From assembly GCA_014803985.1 (NCBI GenBank), contig JAAVAO010000024.1, positions 20,006 to 84,005 on the forward strand: DNA of 64,000 bases, read 5' to 3'. Source of the stretch: Treponema sp. Lineage in GTDB: Bacteria > Spirochaetota > Spirochaetia > Treponematales > Treponemataceae. Made by a program: the position numbers and the translations under genes. Under the pieces are notes generated by a model that searched no databases, was not told the origin of the DNA, and saw only the letters and a program-made list of their open reading frames with translations. Of the stretch, positions 50,660 to 61,063 are shown in pieces. Position 1 is the first letter of the stretch. Each line of letters begins with the position of its first letter.

Positions 50660-51880
50660 ATGGACATAAATGATGGAATTCACGACAACCTTGAAGTCGT
50701 AATATGCGATGACTCTGCTCTTATGCGCAACCTCATTTCCCGAATGGTAGATGAAACTCCAGGAATGAATGTAATCGCAAAGGCTACAAACGGACAAAAC
50801 CTGTTGAATGTTCTTGAAACGAATAATCCCGACATTATAATCCTCGACATAGAAATGCCAGTTATGACGGGAGTTGAATTTCTCCGTGAACGAAAAAACA
50901 AGAAGTTAAAGATTCCTGTAATAATCCTTTCAAGCATAGCAAAACAAGGCGCAGCAGTGACTATGGAATGCCTTGAGCTTGGCGCAAGCGACTTTATTAC
51001 CAAACCGGGCGGCTCAATTTCAATGAACATTGCAGACGTAACGGAAGAACTTGTTGAAAAAATAGTTTCTTACGGAGGAATTTATGCGCGCAGGAAAGGA
51101 AAGTTAATTCCATTTGCGGGGCATATCTTAAATCTGATAGAACCAAAGATAAAAGAAACTGCCACGCATACAACAAGCAAACAAGCAAATGAAAAAACGC
51201 CTTCTGTACAAACAAAAACGAATGAAAGAAGTGCGCCTCCCCTGCAAACATTCAACAGTAAAAATGGGCCTGCCGTTATTACTCCGCTTCGCGAACATGG
51301 AGTGATCAAAATTATTGCAATTGGTATTTCAACGGGAGGACCAAACGCCCTGCGAGATGTGTTTAAAATGATTGACCCTCATTTAACCCAACCAATTCTT
51401 GTGGTGCAACACATGCCAGCGGGATTCACAACCGAATTTGCACGCAGCCTTGACAAAATATGCCCCCTAAAAGTTATGGAGGCAATGGACAATATGCCGG
51501 TTGAAAACGGACACATATACATTGCGCCTGGAGGATACCACATCACTGTTGAACTAAAATATGGCGGTCCGATTATTCATACAAATCAAAATCCGCATAG
51601 GAATGGACACAGACCATCCGCAGACGTGCTTTTTGAATCTGTTGCAAAAGAATATAAGAATAATGCACTTGGCGTAATTATGACGGGAATGGGAGGAGAC
51701 GGCGCCGCCCAACTTGCCGAACTGCGAAGACAAGGTTCTTGGACATTAGGACAAGACGAGGAATCATCTGTCGTATATGGAATGCCTAAGGTTGCTATGG
51801 AAATGGGCGGAGTTCAAAAGCAAGTTTCACTTATGCAAATGGCAGATGAAATCAGCATGCTTGCACGAGAACACAAATAA
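50660..51880 (+). CDS. cheB: Chemotaxis methylesterase CheB (receiver + esterase)
   Basis: DDS, LDIEMP, GISTGGP, VQHMP, MTGMG.DG. Confidence 0.96.
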   Translation: MDINDGIHDNLEVVICDDSALMRNLISRMVDETPGMNVIAKATNGQNLLNVLETNNPDIIILDIEMPVMTGVEFLRERKNKKLKIPVIILSSIAKQGAAVTMECLELGASDFITKPGGSISMNIADVTEELVEKIVSYGGIYARRKGKLIPFAGHILNLIEPKIKETATHTTSKQANEKTPSVQTKTNERSAPPLQTFNSKNGPAVITPLREHGVIKIIAIGISTGGPNALRDVFKMIDPHLTQPILVVQHMPAGFTTEFARSLDKICPLKVMEAMDNMPVENGHIYIAPGGYHITVELKYGGPIIHTNQNPHRNGHRPSADVLFESVAKEYKNNALGVIMTGMGGDGAAQLAELRRQGSWTLGQDEESSVVYGMPKVAMEMGGVQKQVSLMQMADEISMLAREHK

Positions 51881-51895
51881 CTTTAAAATAAGCGA

Positions 51896-52585
51896 ATGAG
51901 TTTTCTTTTTACGGCAAGATCATTTTCCTCTAAAGCGACGACTTTATTTTCTATGGTTCTGCTTTTTTCATCTTGCTCGCTTAAATATGGAATGACTCTT
52001 TACGATGAAAACTCATCGCCCGAGTTTGTGTTTAGCGATGTAAATTTCGATAGATACGAAGACAATAAAAAAACGCTCTCTCTTTCCGCAGAGCGTCTTG
52101 AACAATATAAAGACGGAAAATCAATATTTGCAAAAAAGCCCGCATTCAAAACGTATGACAATAACGGGGAACTTGCAACAGAAGGCACATGCGAACTTCT
52201 TTCAGCCGATACAGACGAAGAAAAATATGTTTTGTATGACAACATAGAAATAAACAATATAAGCGATGATATAATTGTTTCTGCCGCAAACCTCAAATGG
52301 AACGGCAAAACAGAGCAGCTCACAAGCGGACGAACTGACAATGTTTCAATAAAAAGGGGAAAAACCGTTATGAGCGGCTCGGGATTTTCTGCAAGCGGAG
52401 TTTCAAAACAGTTTTCATTTACGGGAGTTGTAACAGGAGAAACTGAAACTGGGGATGGGGAAACAGCAGAGGAAAACACAACCGACACGTTCCTCATAAC
52501 AGACGGATCTAACACAACAGAATCTGAAAACGCTGCAAATGCAACGGAAGTCGTCCAAATACTAAATGAATGGGAAAACGATTAA
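51896..52585 (+). CDS. lptC: LptC-like LPS export protein
   Basis: Beta-jellyroll pattern (LSAER.E.Y, ANLKWNG, SGSGF), upstream of lptA/lptB. Confidence 0.75.
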   Translation: MSFLFTARSFSSKATTLFSMVLLFSSCSLKYGMTLYDENSSPEFVFSDVNFDRYEDNKKTLSLSAERLEQYKDGKSIFAKKPAFKTYDNNGELATEGTCELLSADTDEEKYVLYDNIEINNISDDIIVSAANLKWNGKTEQLTSGRTDNVSIKRGKTVMSGSGFSASGVSKQFSFTGVVTGETETGDGETAEENTTDTFLITDGSNTTESENAANATEVVQILNEWEND

Positions 52586-52588
52586 CAG

Positions 52589-53503
52589 ATGAACAGAAAA
52601 TCTTTTGCAATGGCAGCGTTTATTTTTCTCCTATCATTGACGTATGCAGGAGCTGAAAAAATTGTCTTCTCCGCAGACAGCATGACTGGCACCGTTGGAG
52701 ATAAATCGGACTCCACCACGCTTGAGGGAGAGGCGTATGTCCTCACCGAATCGATGGAAATTTCAGCAGACAAAATAACTATGTACGGAGATGATTTTAG
52801 ATATATCGAAGCGACTGGTTCTGTTGATGGAAAGAATATGGAGTCCGAACTGGAATTCACCTGTGGCAAAATAAAATATGACAGAGAAACAAAAATCGCA
52901 CTTTTAAGCGAGGATGTCAATTTAAAGGACATAAAAAACGATGTGACGGTAAAAGGGCATCTCATTGAATACAATCAAAACACCGACATTGCAGTTATGC
53001 AAATCGACATAGAACTTCTTCAAAAAGATAATGTTTGCACAGGAGTGTATGCAATATATAGAAAAAATGAACAGATGCTTGAACTTTCAGGAAATGCGCA
53101 AATAAAGCAAGGGTCGGACACGTTTCGGGCGCAACATATAACGATGAATTTGGATTCACAGGAAATTATACTCGACGGACGCGTAAAGGGATCTGTTGTT
53201 GATGAAAGAAAATCTGAAAATACAGATGCAGAAACCTCCGAGGATGCAGAGAATACAGAAAGCATAGAAAATGCCGAAAACACAGAAAACATGGAAGAAG
53301 AAAACGACAGCGCAAGCGAAAATGCAGAAACCAGCGAGAATTCAAAAACCAACGAAAATGCAGATGAAAACGCACTCAATGATACAAATGAAAGCGAGAC
53401 TGAAAGTAAAAATGACAACAGCGAGGAAGAAACCGATAACGACATACATAAAGACAAAAAATCTTCAAACAAAGTCAAAAAAAGGTCGAGGAGCAAGTCT
53501 TGA
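52589..53503 (+). CDS. lptA: LptA/OstA family protein with acidic low-complexity tail
   Basis: FSADSM, ISADKI, LELSGNA.I.QG.D.F.A..IT.NL. Confidence 0.85.
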   Translation: MNRKSFAMAAFIFLLSLTYAGAEKIVFSADSMTGTVGDKSDSTTLEGEAYVLTESMEISADKITMYGDDFRYIEATGSVDGKNMESELEFTCGKIKYDRETKIALLSEDVNLKDIKNDVTVKGHLIEYNQNTDIAVMQIDIELLQKDNVCTGVYAIYRKNEQMLELSGNAQIKQGSDTFRAQHITMNLDSQEIILDGRVKGSVVDERKSENTDAETSEDAENTESIENAENTENMEEENDSASENAETSENSKTNENADENALNDTNESETESKNDNSEEETDNDIHKDKKSSNKVKKRSRSKS

Positions 53504-54429
53504 AATTTTTTAAATGTAAAAAATCAAAAGAAAACATAAATGAACACACCATATCAGAAGAAACAACGCAAGACAACACAACAGACGAGCCGGTCGAAAT
53601 AAATGAGTTTAACGGCAACGCAAACACAGAAGAACAAAATGAACACACAAACAAAAGTGCAAGCGCAAAAACAAATCCTGAAATAGATGAAAACGGACGG
53701 GCAATTCACAAACTCCGCGTATCAAGCCTGTATAAAACGTTTGGACGAAAAACCGTTGTCAAGGGAATTGACTTTAGCATGGCAACAGGCGAAATTTTGG
53801 GGCTTTTAGGGCCTAATGGAGCGGGAAAAACCACAACATTCTATATGATTGTTGGATTTTACCAGCCAAGCGCAGGAGACATATTCCTTAATGAAGAACA
53901 AATTACCGGTCTTCCGATGTTCAAGCGCGCCCGTCTCGGCATTTCATACCTGCCGCAAGAGCCGAGTGTATTTAAAAAACTCACAGTGGAAGAAAATATA
54001 TGGTCTATTTTGGAAACGCGCAACGATCTTTCCAAACACGAAAAAAAACAACGGCTTGAAGAATTGATCGATGAGTTTGCAATCGCTCGCATACGAAAAC
54101 AACCGGCGTTCACCCTTTCAGGAGGAGAAAGACGAAGAACAGAAATCGCCCGCTCCCTTGCGATCGAACCAAAATTCCTTTTGCTCGATGAACCATTTGC
54201 AGGAATTGACCCAATCGCCGTTGCGGACATCAAGGGAATGATAGGTCTTTTAGCAAAAAGAGGCATTGGCATTTTGATTACAGATCACAATGTTCGAGAC
54301 ACCCTTGAAATCACCGACCGCGCCATCATAGTCAGCACAGGGCAAATTGCCATTCAAGGCACAAAACAAGAAATTCTAGACTCGGAGTTAGCACGAGAAG
54401 TATATTTGGGCAAGGATTTTTCAATGTAG
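53500..54429 (+). CDS. lptB: LPS export ABC ATPase LptB with N-terminal extension
   Basis: GLLGPNGAGKTT, YLPQE.SVF, LSGGERRR.EIAR, LLDEPFAGIDP, ITDHNVR. Confidence 0.93.
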   Translation: MKFFKCKKSKENINEHTISEETTQDNTTDEPVEINEFNGNANTEEQNEHTNKSASAKTNPEIDENGRAIHKLRVSSLYKTFGRKTVVKGIDFSMATGEILGLLGPNGAGKTTTFYMIVGFYQPSAGDIFLNEEQITGLPMFKRARLGISYLPQEPSVFKKLTVEENIWSILETRNDLSKHEKKQRLEELIDEFAIARIRKQPAFTLSGGERRRTEIARSLAIEPKFLLLDEPFAGIDPIAVADIKGMIGLLAKRGIGILITDHNVRDTLEITDRAIIVSTGQIAIQGTKQEILDSELAREVYLGKDFSM

Positions 54430-54470
54430 ACAAAATAAAAGCAACGCACGAAAAAGTGCATACAAAAACA

Positions 54471-55312
54471 GAAGGTTTAAAAACAGCAACTGAAATAGTA
54501 CGCAGGGTTGCTCCGCCACCCTGCTATCGAGTTTTTGATTGCTCACAAGTCTGGCAAACAAAAACTCTCGTTGCTGATTTTAATGCGGGTTTTTCTTTGA
54601 AAATATAAAAACCATTCGCGAAGGCGCAGGGAAAAAGGCAAAATTGCTCTCATTGTGGTCGCTGCGATAGCAGCAAAAAAATCCTTGCCACAATGAGCGC
54701 GAAATGCACAAGCGCATGTTGTGAATGCATTTAGCCAGTTTTGATAGCGAAGCGTACAAAACTGGAGGCGAAAGTCGAGGAATTAAAATTAGAAGAACAA
54801 TGTATCTTTCGCCACTGCAACGGGAAGAATGTTCTTTCTATTTTCCCAAAATTCGCTTGTTTACTGTCATTTTCGCTTGAAACTTCGCGCTATGCGCTTG
54901 TTGCGAAAACACTTCATTGCAAAACGGCGTTTTCAGCAACTCCCGAATTTGAAAATTCGCTCGTTGCTGAAAATTAAAGAAGGTTTAAAACAGGCAACTA
55001 AAATTGAGTTGCCTGTTTTAATGCGAGTTTTTCTTTGAAAATATAAAAACCATTCGCGAAGGCACAGGGAAAAAGGCAAAATCGCTTTCATTGTGGTCGC
55101 TGCGATAGCAGCGAAAAAAAAATCCTTGCCACAATGAACGCGAAATGCGCAAGCGCATGTTGTGAATGCATTTAGCCAGTTTTGATAGCGAAGCGTACAA
55201 AACTGGAGGCGAAAGTCGAGGAATTAAAATTAGAAGAACAATGTATCTTTCGCCACTGCAACTGGAAGAATGTTCTTTCTATTTTTCAAAAATTCGCTTG
55301 TTTACTGTCATT
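54471..55312 (+). repeat. Tandem dimer of the modular repeat unit (about 500 + 335 bp)
   Basis: 54580-54870 almost identical to 55020-55312; first hairpin carries two extra nested hairpins. Confidence 0.97.
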
Positions 55313-55521
55313 TTTATTTGTAAAAACTGCGGCTAACCTTGCATCAATAACTGAAATAAAAACTCATAGCCGTGCGTGAGCAAACGAAACAATCACCGCG
55401 AGGCAGGAATTTGTTTCTTCAAGTGCAAGACATTGCAACTCAACGACTTTTTCGCTATGATATAATCTATAAAAATTAGTATTTTAACCGTTTAAATTCT
55501 CATAAAACGTGGAGTTACAAA

Positions 55522-58221
55522 ATGAGCAAATATCCGTTTGAATCTATTGAACCAAAATGGCAGAAATTTTGGGAGGAAAACAAGACTTTCAAAGTTTCTG
55601 AAGATCCCTCCATCCCAAAAGAAAAAAGAATGTATGTCCTTGATATGTTCCCCTACCCATCCGCGGCAGGTCTTCATGTGGGGCATCCAGAAGGATATAC
55701 AGCCACTGACATTTACTGTAGATATTTGCGAATGAATGGCTACACCGTTTTGCATCCGATGGGCTTTGACGCATTTGGTCTCCCCGCTGAAAATTACGCA
55801 ATTAAAACCGGCACTCATCCTGCCACCACCACAAATGCAAATATTGCACACTTTATACAACAGATAAAATCACTTGGCTTTAGCTATGACTGGGATAGAT
55901 GCGTTTCAACCTGCGACCCCGACTATTATAAATGGACTCAGTGGATTTTCCTCAAACTATTTGAAAAAGGACTCGCTTATGAAAGCAACACGCCAATAAA
56001 CTGGTGTCCTTCTTGCAAAACAGGTTTGGCAAATGAAGAGGTAAAAGAAGGAAAGTGCGAAAGATGCGGAAGCGATGTGACGCACAAAACAATACGACAG
56101 TGGGTTTTAAAAATAACTGACTATGCAGACAAACTGCTTGAAGACTTGGACAGCCTTGACTGGCCGGAAAGCGTAAAGGCAATGCAAAGAAACTGGATCG
56201 GAAAATCTTTTGGAGCAGAAGTTGACTTTGAAATCGCTGCAAACGACAATGAAAATCCGACTGCATCCCCCGAAAAACCACAGGGCACAGGAAAATTCTT
56301 AAAAGTCTTTACAACACGGGCAGACACGCTTTTTGGCTGCACCTATATGGTCATTTCGCCCGAACACCCAATGCTTTCTGAATTAACTACGGCTGAACAC
56401 AAGGCGGAAGTTGAAAAATATGTTGAAGAGGCGTCAAAAAAATCCGACCTTGAACGAACAGACTTAAACAAAAACAAAACAGGAGTCTTCACAGGAAGTT
56501 ATGGAATTGATCCAGTAAATGGGAAAAAAGTTCCCATTTGGATTTCAGACTATGTTTTGATTTCTTACGGCACTGGCGCAATTATGGCAGTTCCCGCTCA
56601 CGATGAACGCGACTGGGATTTTGCAAAGAAATTCAATCTGCCAATCATAAAGGTAGTTGCAACGAAAGAGGAAATTGCAGCGTTAGGGAACGGAGATGAG
56701 AGTGCGGGGGTTGAACTGCTCAAAAATGCATCTAAAAATCCTGATGAATATAAAAAACTTGCCGCCGAACACCCCGCTCTTTTTGAGGTTGCAACAGAAT
56801 GCACATCCGCAAAAGACGGATACTCAATCAATTCCGGCTTTATAACAGGCAGAAAAACAAACGATGCTATTAGCGAAATGATAGCATTCCTTGAAAAGCA
56901 AAAATGCGGTAAAAAAACAGTGAACTACAAACTTCGCGATTGGATTTTCAGTCGCCAACGCTATTGGGGAGAGCCTATCCCGTTAGTGCATTGTGAAAAA
57001 TGCGGCATTGTTCCCGTTCCGGAGAACGAACTTCCTCTAAAGCTGCCAGAAGTGCGGTCCTACCAGCCGACAGGAACAGGAGAAAGCCCGCTTGCGGCAA
57101 TTGAGTCATGGGTGAATTGCAACTGTCCAAAATGCGGTGGAAATGCAAAGCGAGAGACAAACACAATGCCTCAATGGGGAGGTTCTTGCTGGTATTACCT
57201 GCGCTATCTTGATCCGAAAAATGAAAATCAATTTTGCGCTCCCGAAAAAGAGAACTATTGGATGCCCGTTGATTTATATGTGGGCGGCGCAGAACACGCA
57301 GTACTCCACTTGCTTTACGCCCGATTCTGGCACAAAGTGCTGTATGATATTGGAGCAGTTTCAACAAAAGAGCCATTTCAGCGTCTTATAAATCAAGGAA
57401 TGATCACTTCATTCGCATATCAAAGGAGCAACAAAACGCTTGTTCCCGCAGATGAAGTTGGGCAAAGGGAAGATGGTTCTTTCTACGAAAAGGCAACAGG
57501 TGAAAAGCTCGAACAAGTTATCGCAAAAATGTCAAAGTCATTGAAAAATGTGGTGAATCCTGACGATGAAATAAAATCTTATGGTGCAGATTCCGTTAGA
57601 ATGTATGAAATGTTCATGGGTCCGTTGACTATGAGCAAACCGTGGAACACACAAGGAATAATAGGAATCCACAGGTTTTTAGAAAAAGTGTGGTCTCTTT
57701 CTGAAAAACCATTGTGCGATATTGACATAACGGAAAATCTGAAAGACGAAAATCTTGTCAACTTGAGAAAATCATTCGCCCAAACGGTAAAGAAAGTGAC
57801 AAACGACACAAAAACATTGAATTTCAACACTGCAATCAGCCAAATGATGATTTTTGCAAACGACTTGAGCAAAATGGATTCCATTCCGCGCACCCTTTGG
57901 TCTGATTTTGTAAAGATGTTGAGCGTGTACGCCCCTCATCTCGGCGAAGAACTGTGGCAAAAACTTGGGAATGAAAATACCATCGCCTACGAAAAGTGGC
58001 CTGAATTCAATGAAGAATACCTCAAGACTGACACGCTGACTATAGTTGTCATGGTGAATGGAAAGTTGCGGGGAAAATTTCAAGCGCAAACGGGAACTGC
58101 GGACAGTGAGCTTATCGAAAATGCAAAAAAAGCAGATGGTGTTGCAAAATTCCTAGATGGCAAGGAAATAGTAAAATCCGTTGTCGTAAAGGATAAACTG
58201 GTCAATTTTGCGGTGCGATAG
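55522..58221 (+). CDS. leuS: Leucine--tRNA ligase
   Basis: [37 protein letters not shown]. Confidence 0.98.
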   Translation: MSKYPFESIEPKWQKFWEENKTFKVSEDPSIPKEKRMYVLDMFPYPSAAGLHVGHPEGYTATDIYCRYLRMNGYTVLHPMGFDAFGLPAENYAIKTGTHPATTTNANIAHFIQQIKSLGFSYDWDRCVSTCDPDYYKWTQWIFLKLFEKGLAYESNTPINWCPSCKTGLANEEVKEGKCERCGSDVTHKTIRQWVLKITDYADKLLEDLDSLDWPESVKAMQRNWIGKSFGAEVDFEIAANDNENPTASPEKPQGTGKFLKVFTTRADTLFGCTYMVISPEHPMLSELTTAEHKAEVEKYVEEASKKSDLERTDLNKNKTGVFTGSYGIDPVNGKKVPIWISDYVLISYGTGAIMAVPAHDERDWDFAKKFNLPIIKVVATKEEIAALGNGDESAGVELLKNASKNPDEYKKLAAEHPALFEVATECTSAKDGYSINSGFITGRKTNDAISEMIAFLEKQKCGKKTVNYKLRDWIFSRQRYWGEPIPLVHCEKCGIVPVPENELPLKLPEVRSYQPTGTGESPLAAIESWVNCNCPKCGGNAKRETNTMPQWGGSCWYYLRYLDPKNENQFCAPEKENYWMPVDLYVGGAEHAVLHLLYARFWHKVLYDIGAVSTKEPFQRLINQGMITSFAYQRSNKTLVPADEVGQREDGSFYEKATGEKLEQVIAKMSKSLKNVVNPDDEIKSYGADSVRMYEMFMGPLTMSKPWNTQGIIGIHRFLEKVWSLSEKPLCDIDITENLKDENLVNLRKSFAQTVKKVTNDTKTLNFNTAISQMMIFANDLSKMDSIPRTLWSDFVKMLSVYAPHLGEELWQKLGNENTIAYEKWPEFNEEYLKTDTLTIVVMVNGKLRGKFQAQTGTADSELIENAKKADGVAKFLDGKEIVKSVVVKDKLVNFAVR

Positions 58222-58269
58222 AAAAGACGTTCCATATCACGTGGAACGCTCTTTATGCCGTCTATTGTC

Positions 58270-58750
58270 TGCTGAAAAATAAAGAAGATTTAAAATCAGC
58301 AACAAAAATAGTGTTGCTGATTTTAATGCGAGTTTTCTTCAAAAACTCGCTTATCAATTGCTATTTCTCACTTCGTTGCGAAATAGCATTTTCAACAACT
58401 CCCGAATCTGAAGATTCGTTCGTTGTTGAAAATTAAGGAAGGTTTAAAAACAGCAACTGAAATAGAGTTGCTATTTTTAATGCGAGTTTTGAAAATATAA
58501 AACACATTCGCGAAGGCGCAGTGAAAAAGGCAAAATCGCTCTGATTGTGGTCGCTGCGATAGCAGCGAAAAAAATCTTTGCCACAATAAGCGCGAAATGC
58601 GCGAGCGCATGGTTTTGCCTTTTTCACTGCAACTGGAAGAATGTTCTTTCTATCTTTTCAAAACTCGCTTATTTACTGCCGTTTCTGCTTGAAACTTTGC
58701 GCTTCGCACTTGTTGCGAATGCATTTCATTTTGAAACGGCGTTTACAGCA
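58270..58750 (+). repeat. Modular palindromic repeat, long nested copy
   Basis: GCGAGTTTTGAAAA..GCAGTGAAAAAGGCAAAA-[inner hairpins]-TTTTGCCTTTTTCACTGC..TTTTCAAAACTCGC. Confidence 0.95.
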
Positions 58751-58786
58751 ATGAAAAGGCGGTTTGACAGACGGGGATTTTATAAA

Positions 58787-59311
58787 ATGAAAAGGCACTT
58801 TCAAACAAAAAATATTTTCTCACCTCTTTCCTATGGAAACACGATTTTGCTTTCAGTGCTGATTTTTATACTGCTCATTATCACGCTGACAACCATTTTT
58901 TACTTTGCAAACGGGGAATTTGGCAACTTTGCTAGAAAAAACGCTATTACACACAATGAATCAACAAAGACAAAGGAGGACTTTTCCCCCTCTCATTTTT
59001 ATGAAGAAGGCTACTCTCTTTTTTCAGGAATTTCAAGACTTCGGGCAGTAACAAAAGACGGTGTTTCCGTAGTGGTGTTCCCCTGGCTTTCATACACAAA
59101 GGATGACTCCCTATTTTATGAAGAACTTTCCCAAAAAACTCAAGAACTAAAAGACATCGTTTCCGACTATTTTTCCGAAAACACAAAAACAGAACTCCTC
59201 GCAGCAGGGGAAAACGAAATAAAACAAGCCCTCTGTGATCGCATGAACCAAACGCTCTCCCTCAACAAAATAAAAACCGTGTTTTTTTCAGAGTATATTC
59301 TGTTAGACTAG
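58787..59311 (+). CDS. FliL-like single-pass membrane protein
   Basis: One TM; EELSQK...LKD....YFS..T..EL.....IK..L..RMN..L...KI..VFFSEY. Confidence 0.7.
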   Translation: MKRHFQTKNIFSPLSYGNTILLSVLIFILLIITLTTIFYFANGEFGNFARKNAITHNESTKTKEDFSPSHFYEEGYSLFSGISRLRAVTKDGVSVVVFPWLSYTKDDSLFYEELSQKTQELKDIVSDYFSENTKTELLAAGENEIKQALCDRMNQTLSLNKIKTVFFSEYILLD

Positions 59312-59320
59312 CAGGAATTT

Positions 59321-59887
59321 TTAGCAGGATATAATCGAATCCATAATTTTCTTTGCGCGGTGCAAAATAGGAAGCTCCCTGTTGGCTATGAGTTTTCCGA
59401 GTTTTGAGTTTGAACATTTTTCATATTCTTTGACAGCCTCTTCAAAAGTCATTTTGAGAGTTGACAAATGAAAGCATTCTATCTCATCTTTTGTTAAATG
59501 TTTCTCTCCAAAAGAAGCCACTTTGCATAAAAAATAATTGTTAATGTTATGCCGATGAATAAGATTATAGTAGTCGCTTACAACTCCAATTTTACACACT
59601 ATATCGACTACAATTCCCAATTCTTCCTGCACCTCTCTCGCAACAGCCTTCGTTAAATCCTCATTTTGCTCCACTCCACCGCCTGACGTTTCTATTAAAG
59701 TGGATTTGCCAAAATCATCATCTCGAACTGCCCTCACAAAATAAAAAAAGCCTGAATCATCAAATACAATCGCCCTTGCAATTTGTCTGTCATGGTCGCA
59801 ATACTCAAACTTCCACTCATTGTCTTGAAGCACAAGGGTACATTCCGCCTCATCTCCCAACGGATTTTCAAAATCAGTATTTTTCAT
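59321..59887 (-). CDS. NUDIX hydrolase
   Basis: GGGVEQNEDLTKAVAREVQEELG Nudix box. Confidence 0.92.
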   Translation of the reverse strand: MKNTDFENPLGDEAECTLVLQDNEWKFEYCDHDRQIARAIVFDDSGFFYFVRAVRDDDFGKSTLIETSGGGVEQNEDLTKAVAREVQEELGIVVDIVCKIGVVSDYYNLIHRHNINNYFLCKVASFGEKHLTKDEIECFHLSTLKMTFEEAVKEYEKCSNSKLGKLIANRELPILHRAKKIMDSIISC

Positions 59888-60015
59888 GTCAAAAGAATAC
59901 CTACAATAATTTGCAATGTCAATATGATTATTGCACGGCTTCAGAATGAACATATTCTGATAGAAGGAAGGTGCGTTTGTTTACAAGGAAAAGTTATGGA
60001 TACATAGAAATATTG

Positions 60016-60365
60016 TTAATCTTTTTTACTAAATTCATCACACATCTTTTCAAGGCTTGTAAAATCTAGTGTAATTTCCATCAGTTTGTTTTTATTCTGT
60101 TCTGGATTATAAGTTGTACGCATTTTGTGTAATCGAACGGCAGTCTTTTCTATTTTATCTCTGTTTGTATTGACAAAGAAGTATTCACTCTGCATAAGTA
60201 TTTTATATTTGAAATCCCCCTCGTCATTAACACTAACTTTTTCAAGCTCGGATGCAGGAACTGGAATCATATAGTTAAAACGGATTGTTCCGTACAGAAC
60301 AGTTTTACTGTGCATGTAAATTTTTATAAGGTTATCTTTCTTTATTTCTCCATTTAAAGGATATA
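60016..60365 (-). pseudogene. ToxN/AbiQ (type III TA toxin)-like C-terminal fragment
   Basis: GTIRFNYMIPVP, D.KYK.L...EY, I...A..L, DFT.LE..C; typical N-terminal half not recognisable. Confidence 0.6.
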
Positions 60366-60488
60366 TCAAGCACACTGATACAGATATTAGGGCTTCAGCA
60401 CGAAAAGAAATTCGTTCATTTTTACATATAAACAAGGTGTTTGTATTGGCAACGAATCTTCCAACAGCAAGACAATAACAAACCATTA

Positions 60489-60568
60489 GTCAGTTTTGGC
60501 AGTACAACGCACAAAACTGAAGGCGGAAGTCGATGGATAGGAAATGAAAACCATGTACCTTCCGCCTT
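60489..60568 (+). repeat. Degenerate two-hairpin module of the modular repeat
   Basis: TCAGTTTTG-N13-CAAAACTGA followed by AGGCGGAAG..CTTCCGCCT. Confidence 0.75.
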
Positions 60569-60692
60569 TGCTTACCGATTTCAGAGATTGCAATGCTCTT
60601 CAAGATGCCATATTGCTGTTTCGGGTTGAAGCTGTGTATAAACTCACAAACGAATTGATAACTGTACCATAATTATGATACAGTATAGTTGA

Positions 60693-61062
60693 ATGGACAA
60701 AGCCAATTGCACGATTTACATCGGACAGTATTTTACCCTTGAATGGTATTATGATGAAAACGGATTCAGCCAAGCATATCAATACTTTCTTTCCATAACG
60801 CAGGAGCAGCATCGCAAATTCCTTGTCCTTGAAAAACGAATGGGCGATTTTGGGAAGATTTCGGACAAAACAAAATTCAGAAATGAAGGAAATAAAGTAT
60901 ATGAGTTCAAACCGCAACCAGACCGCTATCTGTGCTTTTTTATTAAAGAAAATTATTGTTACAAATGCATTCACCAAGAAAACACAAAAGCTGCCTGAAA
61001 CGGAAAAGAATATCTGCATAACGTGCAGAGAAGATTATCTGCAAAGAAACGAGGAGGACTGA
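60693..61062 (+). pseudogene. RelE/HigB-like (Gp49-type) toxin, frameshifted
   Basis: Frame 1 ...VYEFKPQPDRYLCFF; continuation KIIVTNAFTKKTQKLP..EK in another frame near 60950. Confidence 0.8.
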
Positions 61063-61063
61063 A

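Noticed and set aside
54471-55312. Possible CRISPR array
   Set aside because: No short identical repeats separated by unique, regularly sized spacers; no cas genes in the window.
55320-55521. T-box leader upstream of leuS
   Set aside because: No GGTGG(N)ACCGCG T-box motif or terminator; a TATAAT lies only about 55 nt before the start.
1944-58627. Recurrent short ORFs such as KPCARAFRAHCGKDFF, AAIAATTIRAILPF, MIAKRTKLEAKVEELK (1944, 5137, 9990, 11879, 54741, 55182, 58433)
   Set aside because: They are translations of the palindromic repeat in different frames and strands, with inconsistent starts and stops; not a protein family.
58547-58786. N-terminal extension of the FliL-like ORF as a second in-frame repeat fusion
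   Set aside because: The upstream GTG lies inside the repeat with no RBS; ATG at 58751 or 58787 is more plausible.
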